A stretch of DNA of 64,000 bases, from the NCBI GenBank assembly GCA_002633005.1, contig NMRA01000316.1, positions 243,581-307,580 on the forward strand, written 5' to 3'. A model generated the notes under the pieces. It was given only the letters and a program-made list of their open reading frames with translations, had not been told where the DNA came from and did not search any database. Source of the DNA: Phoronis australis. Its lineage: Eukaryota; Animalia; Phoronida. Below, piece after piece: positions 38,279 through 52,446 of the stretch. Position 1 is the stretch's first letter; the number at the start of each line of letters is the position of its first letter. A program made the translations under genes and the position numbers.

Positions 38279-38559
38279 CATAGGCGGATTTAGGGGGGGC
38301 CCAGGGCCCCCCCCCCCCCCTTGGCTGCCGCAAACAATTAAAACAGTAAGAGTGTAGGGAAATGGTGAGTTTATTAATTAACCCCAGTAATTAAAATTAT
38401 ACGGATGAAAAAAGATTTAAATGTGTGCAGTTTTAGTGTTGGGGGGGCTCAAATCCAATTTCAAGTGTCAAATTCGGAACACGGCGCGTTCGTAACGGAA
38501 CTATGGCTAAGTATAGAATCTCCCGCGATATCCTAGGCGACCGGCAGCGGCGCTGTGCA
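38279..38559. mobile_element. Copy of the 6880 hAT5-like MITE, truncated by the gap
   Basis: CATAGGCGGATTTAGG... highly similar to 6880-7163. Confidence 0.85.
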
Positions 38560-39037
38560 NNNNNNNNNNNNNNNNNNNNNNNNNNNNNNNNNNNNNNNNN
38601 NNNNNNNNNNNNNNNNNNNNNNNNNNNNNNNNNNNNNNNNNNNNNNNNNNNNNNNNNNNNNNNNNNNNNNNNNNNNNNNNNNNNNNNNNNNNNNNNNNNN
38701 NNNNNNNNNNNNNNNNNNNNNNNNNNNNNNNNNNNNNNNNNNNNNNNNNNNNNNNNNNNNNNNNNNNNNNNNNNNNNNNNNNNNNNNNNNNNNNNNNNNN
38801 NNNNNNNNNNNNNNNNNNNNNNNNNNNNNNNNNNNNNNNNNNNNNNNNNNNNNNNNNNNNNNNNNNNNNNNNNNNNNNNNNNNNNNNNNNNNNNNNNNNN
38901 NNNNNNNNNNNNNNNNNNNNNNNNNNNNNNNNNNNNNNNNNNNNNNNNNNNNNNNNNNNNNNNNNNNNNNNNNNNNNNNNNNNNNNNNNNNNNNNNNNNN
39001 NNNNNNNNNNNNNNNNNNNNNNNNNNNNNNNNNNNNN
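38560..39037. other. Assembly gap (N run)
   Basis: Run of N. Confidence 0.99.
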
Positions 39038-42000
39038 ATACTCAAGGATTTTTACGTTTCAATACATTTTATTAAAGATGTATACCAAGCCTTTAAAATC
39101 ATGACTTCCCTTTGCAGATAGTAAGCAATATAGATAGGAATGAGAGTGATAATCATCAATTTGTATTTGACAGCTATTAGTTGTCAGGAAGACCTGTTTT
39201 TATGCGTTAAATAGAATACTAGTTCAAAACCAATAAGTAAATGTGACTCTCAGACTGTCAAATGCGAAAGTTTAAAACATTAGTAATCACTGTTACAAAA
39301 ACACATTTCAATTGTTTTTTTAAAATTAGAACTCATCCTACGCCTATGCAAAATTATTCTCTGGACCATGCCCATGATGGTTCTGATGCATGCCCATGTA
39401 AGTAATAAGGGTGATGTTTTAAAAGTATTAGTAAGAGGCCTTCAGCATCTTCTTATAACAAAGTGTGAAGCATGGTTTAGTAGATAGTATCCACTTTTGG
39501 CATTCATGTTTTGATTCAAATCACCCGCGCTGTCTTCCAGTGTGAAAACGAGACATTTTAAATAAACTGATTTAGGATTATGATTTAAGAATATGTAAAA
39601 CTAACTTATGAGATGTTGGTTTCTATTTAGTGATTTAGCATGATTAAGTTTTCATTCAGCTCTTTAACTCATGCCTTCTTTTCAAATTTTAAGAGAGGTT
39701 TTAAATAATGTCACATCACAGATCTGGCAAGTACAATTATTAATTTCTTGATCCACGATGGTATTTGTGAGATTCGGAGAATATTCTGGCATATATTTAT
39801 TCTTTTCCCAGTTGCACCTGTTCCTGCCGTGTTCTCCAACAATTTCCTCTATTGTTTCTAAATGCCGGTTTAATATCCTCGAAGGTCAGCAGAAAAAAAT
39901 AGTCTAATTTTCAAAAAGATTGGGGGATGAAAAATATGTAAGATGAGACAATGTAATCATTTGCTATGAAATAATATCATGCAAGCCACCCAATGACCAA
40001 ATACACTGAAAAACACAAAAAGAGTGACTACAGTCAGTGAAGGTGTGACAAAATTGCTTAATAAAGTAGGTGACAGGTTCCTACCCTTACAAATGCCCAG
40101 TATCTGCTTTTTCAACACAAAACACGTGATTGGAGAAATAAAACGTTAGATTCCAGCGCATTACCAACTTGACATGTATTCCTTTAGGTCTCTTGTTATT
40201 TATACTCTAGAGCACTGCATCATGAATTTCCCAACAAGCAGGGGTACCAAGAGAAAAACAATAAGTTCATTAAATTAACATTTTGTTTCATTTACATTTG
40301 ATAATGTGGTCCAACTGTCTGATTTTAATAAGTTGAATTCTACCAAGAATAACTAGATGACATTGTAAACTATAACTTTTCTGCAAATACTTTTGAAATT
40401 GAAGAAGTCCAATGCATTTAATTTAAATATGTAGCAACTGCATAATTTTAAAGCTGCCTTTGTGATATTTTATCATTTCAAGGTTCTTAGGTGTGAGATA
40501 CATTTCATCTTCTGAAAGTTTAGAAAGTAAAAATATGATCTAAGGTTATTTTTATTGGTGAAGTGACCCCCAAAAATGGGTCCATGTAGGCAAAAAATTG
40601 AAAATTATAGGACAATCAAATATGTGTCCTGAGGGCCCTCTTGGAAAGCAGTGCTATCACTGAACAGGCCACCCTCATTTTAAATATCAGAATAATAAAT
40701 AAATAAATAAAACTAGAGAGAATGGTCTTTCAGATGAGATCAGAAATGTTACAGTAGCCACAGTTTTAATTTATGGTCTCTAGGTTGACCTTTTCATGGA
40801 ATTGCCATATAATTAAAGTAATTCTCAACTTCTGCCAAGAAAAAGAAAATTTAAAACCGTTTAAACTCGACTTTATGTTATTATTGCTGTTATACCAACA
40901 AATAAGTGCATAAACCAGTAGGATGTCTTGTAGCTACATCTCAACGAGGGCAGAGCCTATTTTGAACACTATGTCCAGGTAGTGGATGGCCCAAGAATGT
41001 TTTAATTTCAAGAGGAGCCATCAAATTTAAGATTTAAGAATCCCTGTAGGATTTTTGATCCAGCCGCAATTGTGACATCCAGATTTTCAAATGCAAAGCG
41101 TATACACATAAAAGGCATGTATCATGTAACACTGAACTAGTTCGAAAAGCTCACGCTTATTTTTTGATGCACAAACCCATATTTTACACACAACACAAAA
41201 CCGTCAAAATTAGGCTTTGCTGACATGAAAATTAAGTCCACCTTTTGGCTATGCATGACACAATTTTGTGCGCCCGAAGAAGTCACCAAGAGCAGACAGA
41301 ATTTTGTAACGCGCAACTTTGGGAACATACCATTAAAAACAAATCTATAAGCGAGGCGAACATTAAACAAGACAGACCGAGACCAGACTGTTCTTGTGTG
41401 GAAAAGCAGTTGAAGTTTTGGCCAACCTGCCGTCGTCGGCATCGAATTAGCAGCTATGTTCGACGTGGGAACATCAGCGCAGTTAATTTCACGGCCACTT
41501 ATTCGTCGACACCTTGCGTGAACAATGAGCGCCAAATGCAAGACAAATCACGTGACATGGCGCTGCGGGAGATTTTCCAACACACAACAATTGTCATTTA
41601 CGCTACAACCAGAGACCTTAGCGTCTTTGCTACAACTAAGTGCAGTGAGTCGTGTCATATCTAGGCTCAGTGCCGTATAATAAACCCTAGAATCTCGCAA
41701 GGAAAGCTACGTTTTTCGCGTGTTATGCGTGACTATATCTCGCGAGGTCTTGTGTGATCCTGCATTTCCGTACCTACGGAAAGCACGACAGGTTGAAATG
41801 CGTTCGTATCTAGGGTCCTCGTTCCCTCAATTTAGTCACTGAAGAATATCGGCCCGTTTGTCTTTGGAAAGTATTTAAATATCATGCGAATTCCCCTCGC
41901 CAGGCCCAAAAATTCCCTTCGAGATTCGAATCACTTGTAATTCATACAGGCAACGTTTGAAGCAGCTCAAGGCGTTTGTTTTGGCTACATGAGGCTGAGT

Positions 42001-44899
42001 CGATGAGGGTGGCGACAGGAGTAGGGGTGCTAATGGTGGTGACTGCGGGAAAAGAGTTTCCCCTCGCTCGAAAAATTCCCGCAGCAAGCGCACGCCTTTC
42101 CTTTCAGGTAAACGAGAGTCCTGGTATCTGTTAAATGCCATCAGCATCACTGTTGTTCAAAAGGTAGAGGTGTTAATTATTTCTTAATGTGTACAAAATT
42201 AGTCGAGAAACTTGCCTTTAATCGACTAAGCACGTTGCCCCTACATATACATGAGCGTGAGAAAACATGGCGAGATAGCGAAACATAAACACGTTTGTTT
42301 GCTGTGGGTGACTTCAGCTTTTGTAGAAGTCAACTTTCACCAATGCCGTGCACATGGAAACCGTACATCTACTGGCATATTCGGATCAAGTCTGAGGGAG
42401 CACTGTGGATTTGAAAAAATAAGCTCTACTGCAAGTTTCTTTTTCTAATTTGACACCCNCCCTCCGATTCACGTCAGAAAACTGTTATCATGCCGTATAT
42501 TTGAACATCGTAGATTTGTAGCAAAGATGACTCCAAAGAAAGTTTGTAAGGCCAACTGGGGAGGCAGTAGAGTATCTTTAAATTCCCTCACAAGTTTCCG
42601 TACCCAGGGGCATGTCCTTGCCCGGTCAGTCAGATTTTCAAGAGCACAAATGACGCTTGGAGCCGTAAATACCGTCCACGAAGGGAGTCGAAATGCACTA
42701 GACTTCCCTGATTAACACTGACACTCGTTCAGGTAGCTCAAAGACTGAGATATCGCTGCGATGCCGCATTAGGCTTTAGTAGCCCACAACTCTAGAAGTT
42801 GAAGCCCGCGATTTTAACGATAAAATTTGACGATGGTGCTTTTAAACGGTTCAGTCAGATATAGCGTTGAGGGCAGTCGGAATCTCAACATTTTCTGGAA
42901 CTTTACTGCATACGAATTAAATATTCAAACAAAAATTAACCATTAAGACGGAGGTCTCTCCTGCACAGTTGCGGATGACAGTTTCACGTCGTTCACCCAA
43001 TTTTAACTTTACTCTAAATGAGAATCACTGTCACTGCGCAGTCTTTTATAAAAATGATATATCTAACAAACGAATCTTGAATTTTTGGCTATACAATATA
43101 AAAGGAAAAATTCAAATCGCTTAATGATGAGACGCACAGAAATACCATCATTCGCAGGTTTTCCAAGACCTTTATCCCAATCAAAAACAAATACCGCGAG
43201 TAGGTTTCTCAAATGCTGTATATTGTTCGTTTTCGGAGAAATCCCTAAAGCTTATTCTCCTGTGAATTACAAAAAAAAACGCGGGGCAACAACACATGTC
43301 GTCGACTACTACACTGGAAGAACTACCGCTTTCGAAAGTTGAAAGAATACGTGATTAATCTCAATTTAACAAGAACAGCAGGAATTCTAGCAAAATACGA
43401 ATAAAGTTTACGATTTTAAAATCCGTTACCGGCCATAAAATTGTGCAATATTGTATAAAATACGTTTAGACGAACATCGACATAAATTTCTAATCAAAAA
43501 TCAACGTTTCACGCTTTGTTCTTTCCCAAAATGTGAGTCGGACTGCAGAAGGTGAAACTCAACGTCATACAGTGTATGGACATGCGCATTTTATTTCATG
43601 TATATAATTTTTGCACGCATAATCTGTGCAACCTTGACGTGCACCTTGTCGTGAAGTCGAACACATACTTCGAGAACGAGCAATTGGCTTTCACCTATTT
43701 CTATATATCTACGTCCGTCTTTTTATATTTTATGCACTTCCACTCAAAACAAAATTGTCAATTTCAATTTGTTTTAATCACGTAAAGACACAAAGTGACG
43801 GATCAGCGAAGGCGAGTTTTGTTCTAAAACGTGACATAATGACTTACATTACGGGTATTGATCATGTAACTTTAATATCCAGCAGACACCACGCGTGGAA
43901 TTCTACTGCATCTTACTTAAAACACTGACAAGAAAATACTAATTTTCAAGGACAAACAACATCTAAAATCTAGTAATATAATTTCGATTTTTGAACAGCA
44001 AATACCACTACTATAAATTATAGTAAAACATCAAAAATGAAACACTTTATTTCATTATTAAGAGAGTAGCAATCAAAATATTCAGGTGATTAGTAATGAC
44101 GAGCAGGCAATGTTACTGTCTTCCAATTAGGTGATATTTTTGTTCAGTTTATTTATTAAATCGATAGGTGTCGACGTATGTAGTAAAAACTAATAATACT
44201 TTCGACAAAGCGTTTTTGCAGAAAAGAAATCCACAAAAATGGTAATTAGATTGCCAAGCAGAATAGAAAGGGGTTGGCAATATTCCCATACATGGTAAAT
44301 TCCTTGGGGGATAAGAAGACATTTTACTCCGTTTGAAAGTTTGATGTAATTAATGGGAGTACTCTTGTCATGGCAATAAAAAATCCACCGTTGGACATGC
44401 CGCAAATCGCTGAATATAATGAAGTCACGGGATCGAGACGTCTCATGAAAATCTTGGCAAGAGTCCAAAATAGAATTGTCTTATCAATCGCTCCTCGTGT
44501 TCCCGTTCATGTTTAGACATAGTGTGTTTTATAGATTTCACACGATTAAGAAATGGAGATTCATAGAGCGATATGCCATTCGTAGTTTCACACATAAAGT
44601 AGTTGTCATAATGCATTTAAAAATGCATTTTGCCCTCACACTACGACATGTTGATAGGAAAATATAGTTGTGTAAATAAAATTAATTAATTTTCTTACCA
44701 ACAACTCAAAGTGTCCTCAGTTCAAAAAACGTCTCTGGATCCAGACCAAGCACGTTCAGTTGACGGCACGTAAGAACGCACGCCGTGATATTCCGTGACC
44801 CCAGATAAGTTTGAATGACCCTTTGAAATTCTAATTTGTACACAAACAAATTACTTAACCTATATACTCTGACACAAGCCTGTTGATTTACTACAACTT

Positions 44900-45400
44900 A
44901 TAAAGAGACGACAGCGAAATCAAGGCAAAAAGAGCTTGTCAAACTGTAAAACGGGCGACAGTCAAGGACAAAACCTGCTCGACAAATTCCACCGTGATGA
45001 AAATTATGATAAAAATATAAAAAAGAACCAAAATACAGAGCATCAACAACGTATACAAGGGATATTTCATCTGAAAGCAATAAACCAGGAGCTTAATCGT
45101 GATTTTTTATCGAAACCGGTGGAATCCTGATTGAAAAAGACATCTCGATAAGCGGACATCAACCTCTGGAAGCCTCTCTCTAATTACATTACATAAATAA
45201 ACATGAGTTCTGGATAGCAAAAAATTGACACCAGTGTGTTAAAAAAGGAAGTGACAAACTTGTATACAATTAGACCTTGATGGAAAAAATTGTTTGAAAT
45301 GGAAAGCGAGGTAGAAAGTGAAAGAAACTTGATTCATTCTCGGATCGGGCAAGCAAAATCGAACTCAATATGGGAATATTCATGAAGTAAGGAATAATTA
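44900..45400 (+). pseudogene. Possible heavily decayed LINE endonuclease fragment
   Basis: Fragments GQNLLDKF and SGHQPL resemble the APE motifs G-x2-LL and SDHxP; many stops. Confidence 0.2.
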
Positions 45401-46096
45401 TTCTCAATATTTAGAGAACGGATAAACCTATCGAATTCAACCCTCGCCGACCATTTAGAGCAAGTGCCAATCAAAATAAGCTGATAAAATTCTCTTCACA
45501 GTGAGCGACCATTTTTAAACGATGAACTCAAATTAGGCACATGACGGTACTGACAACTTGATAAACGTAACGCCGGTAACGCGATTTCACCGACAGTCTA
45601 GGGTTAATGGCGTTCCAAACAACCTCCAATTGTTCAACGAAATTGAGATTACAGATGACAACAATGAAACACCTATATACTAGAGACATCAACCTATACA
45701 AACCTCGTTAGTTTGAACCATATCGTGCAACATTCGTGCAGTAATTTGGAGACGAAGTAGTGCACATCATCCAGACGAATTAGGTCGCCATTTTGAATTT
45801 ATCTGAATTTTCAATCGTATATGTGTCAGCATTCGAACATGTATTGGCTCAAAAAGACACAGTCTCATCAGAGTAGCTTGATTATCTTACGAATTCAAAC
45901 CCTATGCATGACATAGAAGCTACTGTACCTGAAACTGGGCCTTAATCCACGAAGATTTAGCCAAAATCAGCGAGTATTTCTCCAGAGCGATATATTATTT
46001 TCTGCTTCGACCGACAAGACGTATCAGCTTACAGCCAGTCACGTGACCGCATAGCTGAATCCTTTGTTGCAACTATTTATACGACTGCCCATTTTC

Positions 46097-46120
46097 TGTG
46101 TGTGTGTGTGTGTGTGCGTG
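46097..46120. repeat. (TG)n microsatellite
   Basis: TGTGTG run. Confidence 0.9.
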
Positions 46121-49100
46121 TCGTCAGCAAAGCGTTGTATTTTAACAGTTTATGCTTCACAGGAATGCAACCGATATCAGGCAAATATGGCAAGGTCAAA
46201 ACATTATTCAAGCCCTCGTTACGTGAGTGTGTATGCCAAAAGTCGTGTTCGATTTATCGGCGTGAGCTAATCAACGCGGCATATCGGAACGGCGGGATCT
46301 GGCCGCACGTTTATTAGATTCAACTGAATGCAAAATTTTCTACTTGAATGATTTTCAATTCAGTATTATATTTATTTAATATGCTATGTGTTGGATTATA
46401 GTTTATAACGCGATAAAGTAAAAGAGTACGCAATATTACCAGCGAACTCGTCCGCGTTTCTCCTGTTATATTCGAAAATATGTACAGCGTATGGAACCAG
46501 CCAAGAAAGTCAAAATATGTGCATTTGAAATTGCTTGACCTTTTCAAGTTTTGACTGGGTTGTGAGATAATTTAAGTTGTCAGTCGGCTACACCGTATAT
46601 TTTACAAATAGCCTAGCGAGTGTGTGTAAACAAACGTTCATTGTCAACAGTGACCTGTATGTCACTTGACGTAATAAAAGAATGGTTCGACTGTTAAAGC
46701 TGCATTGGGTTCTAAACAAGGCGCAAGAGACAACGGAACAGAACCCGCAAACTTTACGGTAACGATCGGTCTTATCAATGTCGTCGCAGAAACTTTCATG
46801 TATTTTCAGATGCGTTCCAATTGTGCAGAATATACTGTTTTTCCTAATACAATTGAGTTTTGAACGTGCTAAGTCTATATCATGCCGCGGAGTAGTTAAC
46901 AGGCTTACAATTTTTTTTGCTTGACTGTTGAATGATTTTATGCCAGAAGAGACACGTTATCTTTTTCGAACTTTTTCACGTGCCGTTTAATTGAATAAAT
47001 AATTAATTAAAAGGAAATGGCTTTGTCCCCGATTATACGATAAAATGCAGAGGTTTGCTTAGGCGAGTGATGTGGATAAACTTTTGTCGGTTAATTAATT
47101 AATAATTAATATGAGTTGTGATAATAACTAATTGATACACTAGCAATGTTTACGCTGTTAAGATACATTTTTATGATCATGGGAAATTAAGCATGAATGT
47201 CTTTATTTTTTTATTGATTCGTTGACATATGCCGAACGCTATATGGTTATTTTCATGAAGGAGGAGCATTTCCGAAAGTTTTCTAAGTAGAGTTAGATCT
47301 AAGATTAACCAAACTTTTAAATTAATTTGATTTGTTCGGGTAGGCTTTTGTTATAGTTGCGCTCGTGTGGCGCTGGTAGTTTGATTAATTAATTTTAGTG
47401 CATTTCGTTTTTAAAATTTTTCAGTTTGAAACACTGCACTTATTCACTCGTCAGGCATAAAGCAGAGCTAGGTGTGGGGTAAGCATTCTAGAAAATGCGA
47501 TGATTATGAATCTAGAATTACGGAACCTCACTCAAATATTTTCCCGATATTTCTGAGCCGCATGCTTGTTTCTCTGACAATATCCATCATCTAATTCTAC
47601 TAGAAACGCAATCCATGTTATTTAATCTAGGCAAGGCGACAATAGTATATCCAGAAAATAAGGTCATTTCATGTTTTACATCTTTAAAGCATTTTCAAAA
47701 AATATCATTAAAATAATCACGGTCGCTCCTTAAATATTAAACGTGACTTCAATCTTCAAATTCCCGCCTAATTACGTTTCCACTTCTTTTTACTTGTCAC
47801 TCGCTGTACATCCAAAAACCAAAACCCAAAAATTAACTTAGTGAACATATAAAACGTAAACAATCAAGTGTTTTAACCCGGGTGTTTATGAAGGCATGAA
47901 CTCTCAAATATGTCACGTTCCCAACGGGGATGGTTAGACTGCTCGTCACACGGTTCAGCATCACAACGGGGTCAGAATTAACAAACATGTTGTCGTGTTT
48001 GACGGAGCGAACGTAAACAAAAACATCGAAATTTCCGTTGCTACTTGCGGACTAATTCGTGATAAGGCTGCAGATTTTTGTTTGGGAATCTTAGGGTACA
48101 TTGTTGGCGAGAAAAGCAATTTATAAAACCAGCCTTAGATCGTATTCGAACCTAGTCGCAGCCTAACGCGTAGCCAAATCCCACTCGATAAATTAGTACG
48201 CTTAAAAGTGTATTGACTTAAAGGACAGAAAGTGTCTCGCCTTGATTTAAGCAAAAGTGTGACAGATAACGGCCAGGTGTGTTCATTTGTAAAATCATAA
48301 AAAACAACAGATTCGGTTTTTGTAGCCCTCGTCAAAGCTAATAACTTCAAGAAGCCTATCCCATCCGAAAACAGCTAATCCTAAAAATGCGTTTTTCGGC
48401 CGTAATGTCGACGTCATTGGGATTCTGTGAAGAAATTGGGTGAAACTGGCTTAAAATACCCATTATAAGAAATTAAAGACAACGATAATTCTTATGGGAA
48501 AACAAATGAAGCGTTTGGTGTATTTTTTACAAATTGTGAAGAAATGATTTCCAAATCAGTACCCAAAGTAATTTGTTTGTGAATTATATCTTTGTGAAAG
48601 CTGAGGCTTTCATAGAACAAAAATAGCATTTGATTATTTTACTTTAAATACCACATATCAAGAATGTGGTGAAATTTTATTTGACGTTATTTCGACACTA
48701 CGATATATTTAGTTCTTTACTTCAGATTTTAAATGACCACGTGACAACGCACCAAAATTACGAATATATTTTTCTTATAATTAATTAGCTACAGAGTAGA
48801 ATTTGTTTCTGTAACCAATTTTGCCATCGATTATTGGTTTCACTCCAGCATTTGTTTTTCACCTGCGAAAAATAGCCGTCATGAAGTTATTGAAGTCGTC
48901 CTTACAACAATGGCAGAATTCAAGTGTCATTTAATGAGAAATCGTCATAACGTTCTGTAACCACGAACACATACCGTTGACTCCAAGCTTAAATACAATG
49001 TACATATACGGATCCCGGGATAGGAACGTGAAGGTTTTTCTGCTGTAAATCCAAGGTGAAAGCATTTATCAAACCAGGTCGTGTCCCGCATTCAAGACCA

Positions 49101-50303
49101 TAACAGTTATTGCCTGTTGCATTACAGGTGAAGCACATTGTCTCAAAAGCGTTTGTCGCGTGAGTCTTGCGCCTACGAAACGCAGCTCTGGGCAATCTTC
49201 ACGAAGGAAACGCGCTTTTTGTGGCATCGTACACCGATGGTCTTCAACATGTACGTTTGAGTGAATTTTTACTTAACATACCTTAGTCTTATTTGTCATC
49301 CATACTTCAGTTTGCATTCCCGTCGGTCTGTCTGTCTGTCTGTCTGTTAATGTGTTTTACCATATTATATTCTGATTATTCTATATTTGTTCAGTCGATG
49401 TTAAACAATCGGTCAATCGATTTATCAATCAACGGTACAATTTTGGTTCTGTAGAGACCGTCTCAAACTCACAGCCTGTTATTCAAGATTATATGCATGC
49501 TTTTTATATAACGATTTCTTTTTTTCTTTTGCTAATTGGTCCTTGTTCTTTAACCACATTTGACTGTCGAATTATACGTCTAAAATATTAAAATTTAATT
49601 TGATGTGTACAATTTCATTCTAGATTTGTGAAAGGTAGGTGCGCGTGGGAGGAGTTTGAATGTGATTTGAGACTTGTCATTGTTAAAAACTAAAATTTTC
49701 AGGAAGCGGAAATCACTTCACCATTAATTAAATTTCGAGAGTTATTTCCCATTTGCTGAAAACACAACTGAAAACATGCAAAAATGTGAATGTTATTGGA
49801 AAATATGCTAAATATACTACGAGAGCAGAGGAAAGATGTCAGATTTTACTAAAAAAATCTCCAATAAATTTGAAACGAAAATATTTTTATTATGTTCTTG
49901 GAGCCTAATGCTACGTATATACGTTGAGCGTGGAGTCAGTAGCCTGTTAATAACTTTGAAAGAAAATTGCATTTTAAGTCTGGTAAGCACGCAACCTGTG
50001 GCCAAATCACGTGGACTAATGAACTCTGAAGAAACAGAATTTAAACGCCGGTTTATGAATCACATATCCAGAGAACATTGTTAACGAGTGCACCCCGCTG
50101 ATTCTAAGATCACTGCCGAGGTCAAGGCCTAATTACGAGCATGTAAGGAAGAAACAATTAATAGTACATTTTCAAAAGAGTGAACAACATGATAGATTTC
50201 AATTCTTGTTTATTAGGTTTTCAGACGTTGCGTCGCGAATTTGGACACTGCGCCGTCTTGCTTGATCTGGAAATCAACCGGCAAGTAAGAGTGAAAGAGT
50301 TTA

Positions 50304-50593
50304 TTAATGGAACGATTCCAGTTCTATACTGGTTTCATTGAAATGTTTATCGATTTTACGCGTCATATTTCGAATTTCAAGAGTTTTGTTGCAAGGGAAG
50401 TAGTCCTTGCTCAAGCAGTTGTCCTTGGAGACGTCGCTGGTTGACGCAACTTCAAGATAGTCAGTGGTATCTTCTTGAGGATTGTACCTTATGCCCTCGG
50501 GCGGTTTACCACAATGGTCGACGTTTGCGTCAACGAGTCGCACGTGACGTTCACTCTCTGTCTGTGTGGCTGCATTAATTTTGGGAACGTCAC
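50304..50593 (-). CDS. MARCHF-like last coding exon (cytoplasmic tail)
   Basis: TTTTACAG|GT GAC, phase 1, open to ...IELESFH*; AATAAA at 50300-50305 and 50209-50214. Confidence 0.65.
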
Positions 50594-50769
50594 CTGTAAA
50601 ACACGAATGAAACACTTGACTATTTAATGGAAAACGTCTGCATAAACAGAAATAATCTGCAGACCCGATATGTTTAACATTTTTTACGATAACTTTTTGA
50701 ATCTTTTCATGGACGGGTTTATCTTGAAGTGAAATTTTAGTGTAGAACAACGAGTGGTCAGTTAGTTGA

Positions 50770-51200
50770 TTATTGTTTCACCTGGGAATTTCGAGTTTGT
50801 TATCATTGGAGAAACCCCCCTCGAGCAACATGGATCTCCCTCGGTCCATGTGACCTAGTATCACACTTGGGGTCGGTCCACATACTTCCGCCCTCTAATT
50901 GCCTTATACATTGTGCCATAACTTCTGGTCCTAGCATTAACCAAGCGGATGACCATGGGACATTTGCCTAACAGTGCGCAGTCGGCTTCGTGTAAGCCGA
51001 AAACACACTCAAATTACTGAGTGTGTTGAATTCCTTATTTGGGAAGGCACGTGAGTTGACTAGTCTGATATAGGTATCTTTACTTACACAATTGAAAACG
51101 AGCAGTGCTGCCCGAGGTCTTCGGCCTCATGGCAGCATTGCCCTCTCTCGGTCCATAGGATCTGGTATCACCCACGGGCATGGTGCTTATTTGTATAATC
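50770..51200. mobile_element. Diverged palindromic DNA-transposon-like element in the last MARCHF intron
   Basis: Repeated CTCGGTCCAT...GTATCAC motif and hairpin GCAGTGCTGCC-CGAGGTCTTCGGCCTCAT-GGCAGCATTGC. Confidence 0.4.
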
Positions 51201-51678
51201 ACACGTTAACGAATCACAAATTTGCCCGGGAGAGACTACGTTGCATTCAGTATTCGAACTTCAACAAATAGATGTGCTGGCACCTCTGGACCAGTTAGTC
51301 CGAAAATTTACTCGCTCGCACGATCATTTCCTCACCGCGATGGATTCCATTTTAGCTACCACATAGGCGATGTGTACATCCACTGTTTTCGAATTCCCAA
51401 TTTTAGGGTTGAGGGCCAACACCAATAAGCTCTGGGGTGCTTTATTGATTCCCTGGTGATTACGGTGATCTTATTGGTAACAGAAATAGAATCCCGTGAC
51501 AGTGAGCAATGTTATTTAATTCTTGGTTTTTAGCCACTAGTTCAACAGGGTGAAATGCAGCTTTACTTTATGAAGAGTGATCACGTGATCAGTGGTAGGT
51601 GTCTGGGTTTGTCATTGTTCTCTGTGTATTCTTCAATAAATATCAGTCACCTTAAAAATAGCAGGTGTCTAACAATAC

Positions 51679-51870
51679 CTGATTTCTTCACATATCGTGT
51701 TCCTGGCACGTATTCCAATAAGACTACTTGCTCATTACGACGTCTCCAATTTTGATGCAGTGGCATTACTACAAACCAAAATTCCAGGCCAGCTATTAAC
51801 ACGCACAGGAGGTCCAGCGGCAGGTATATCGCAACCATCACGCCACCTAACGAGTAACCAAAATGGAAAC
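51679..51870 (-). CDS. MARCHF-like exon (TM2 and juxtamembrane region)
   Basis: GFHFGYSLGGVMVAIYLPLDLLCVLIAGLEFWFVVMPLHQNWRRRNEQVVLLEYVP resembles the MARCHF9 segment MYGFMDVVCIGL...WQAVNQQWKVLNY. Confidence 0.85.
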
Positions 51871-52292
51871 CTGTGACACGAAAGCGGCCGACTGATACCA
51901 AATTTTCAACATAGTGTAATTCTGGTGGAAGCATTAAGCCCCCAAAGCCCCAATCCTCCCCACCGGCATCGGTTTGAAATTTGAGCGAAACCTTTCATTT
52001 TCTGGAACTGAAAAATAATCAATATCGGCCAAACCCATGCTACCAATGGCCAGCCTCCCGTTCGGTAACGCTAGGACCTCGCTAAAAAGCAAGACTTCGC
52101 GAAATTACGTGAGATATTGCCGTGTATTTCAAATGAGAACACGTGACTTTGACTAGATTTTAGCTAGGTCCTAGCGTAGGTCCTAGCGTCACGTACGCCA
52201 GGCATTCGCGTAACTCTTGGCTAACGCCATTTTAATTATCGATGCTTCATATTTGCGTTGGTGCTCAGGCGCTAAATAAGTAATCGACTCAC

Positions 52293-52446
52293 CTTGGTCG
52301 TTCATTATCTGTTGAAATCGTAGACCTCTAGTGACAACAACACGTGACCACACTAACCAGGAGACAGAAAGAACGAGGAAAACCACACAGAGGAGAAATA
52401 GCGTCAGATGCATAGCCAAGTTGCAGTTAATGTGCGGACACTTCCA
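52293..52446 (-). CDS. MARCHF-like exon (TM1)
   Basis: T-run CTACAG|TGG; WKCPHINCNLAMHLTLFLLCVVFLVLSVSWLVWS (cf. LFLVASISWLIWS); donor G|GTGAGT. Confidence 0.88.

Noticed and set aside
38503-39121. Long ORFs of 170-190 aa
   Set aside because: Artefacts of the N gap.
41137-42150. ORFs of 91-139 aa in the BMI1-MARCHF intergenic region
   Set aside because: No recognisable motifs or coherent exon chain.
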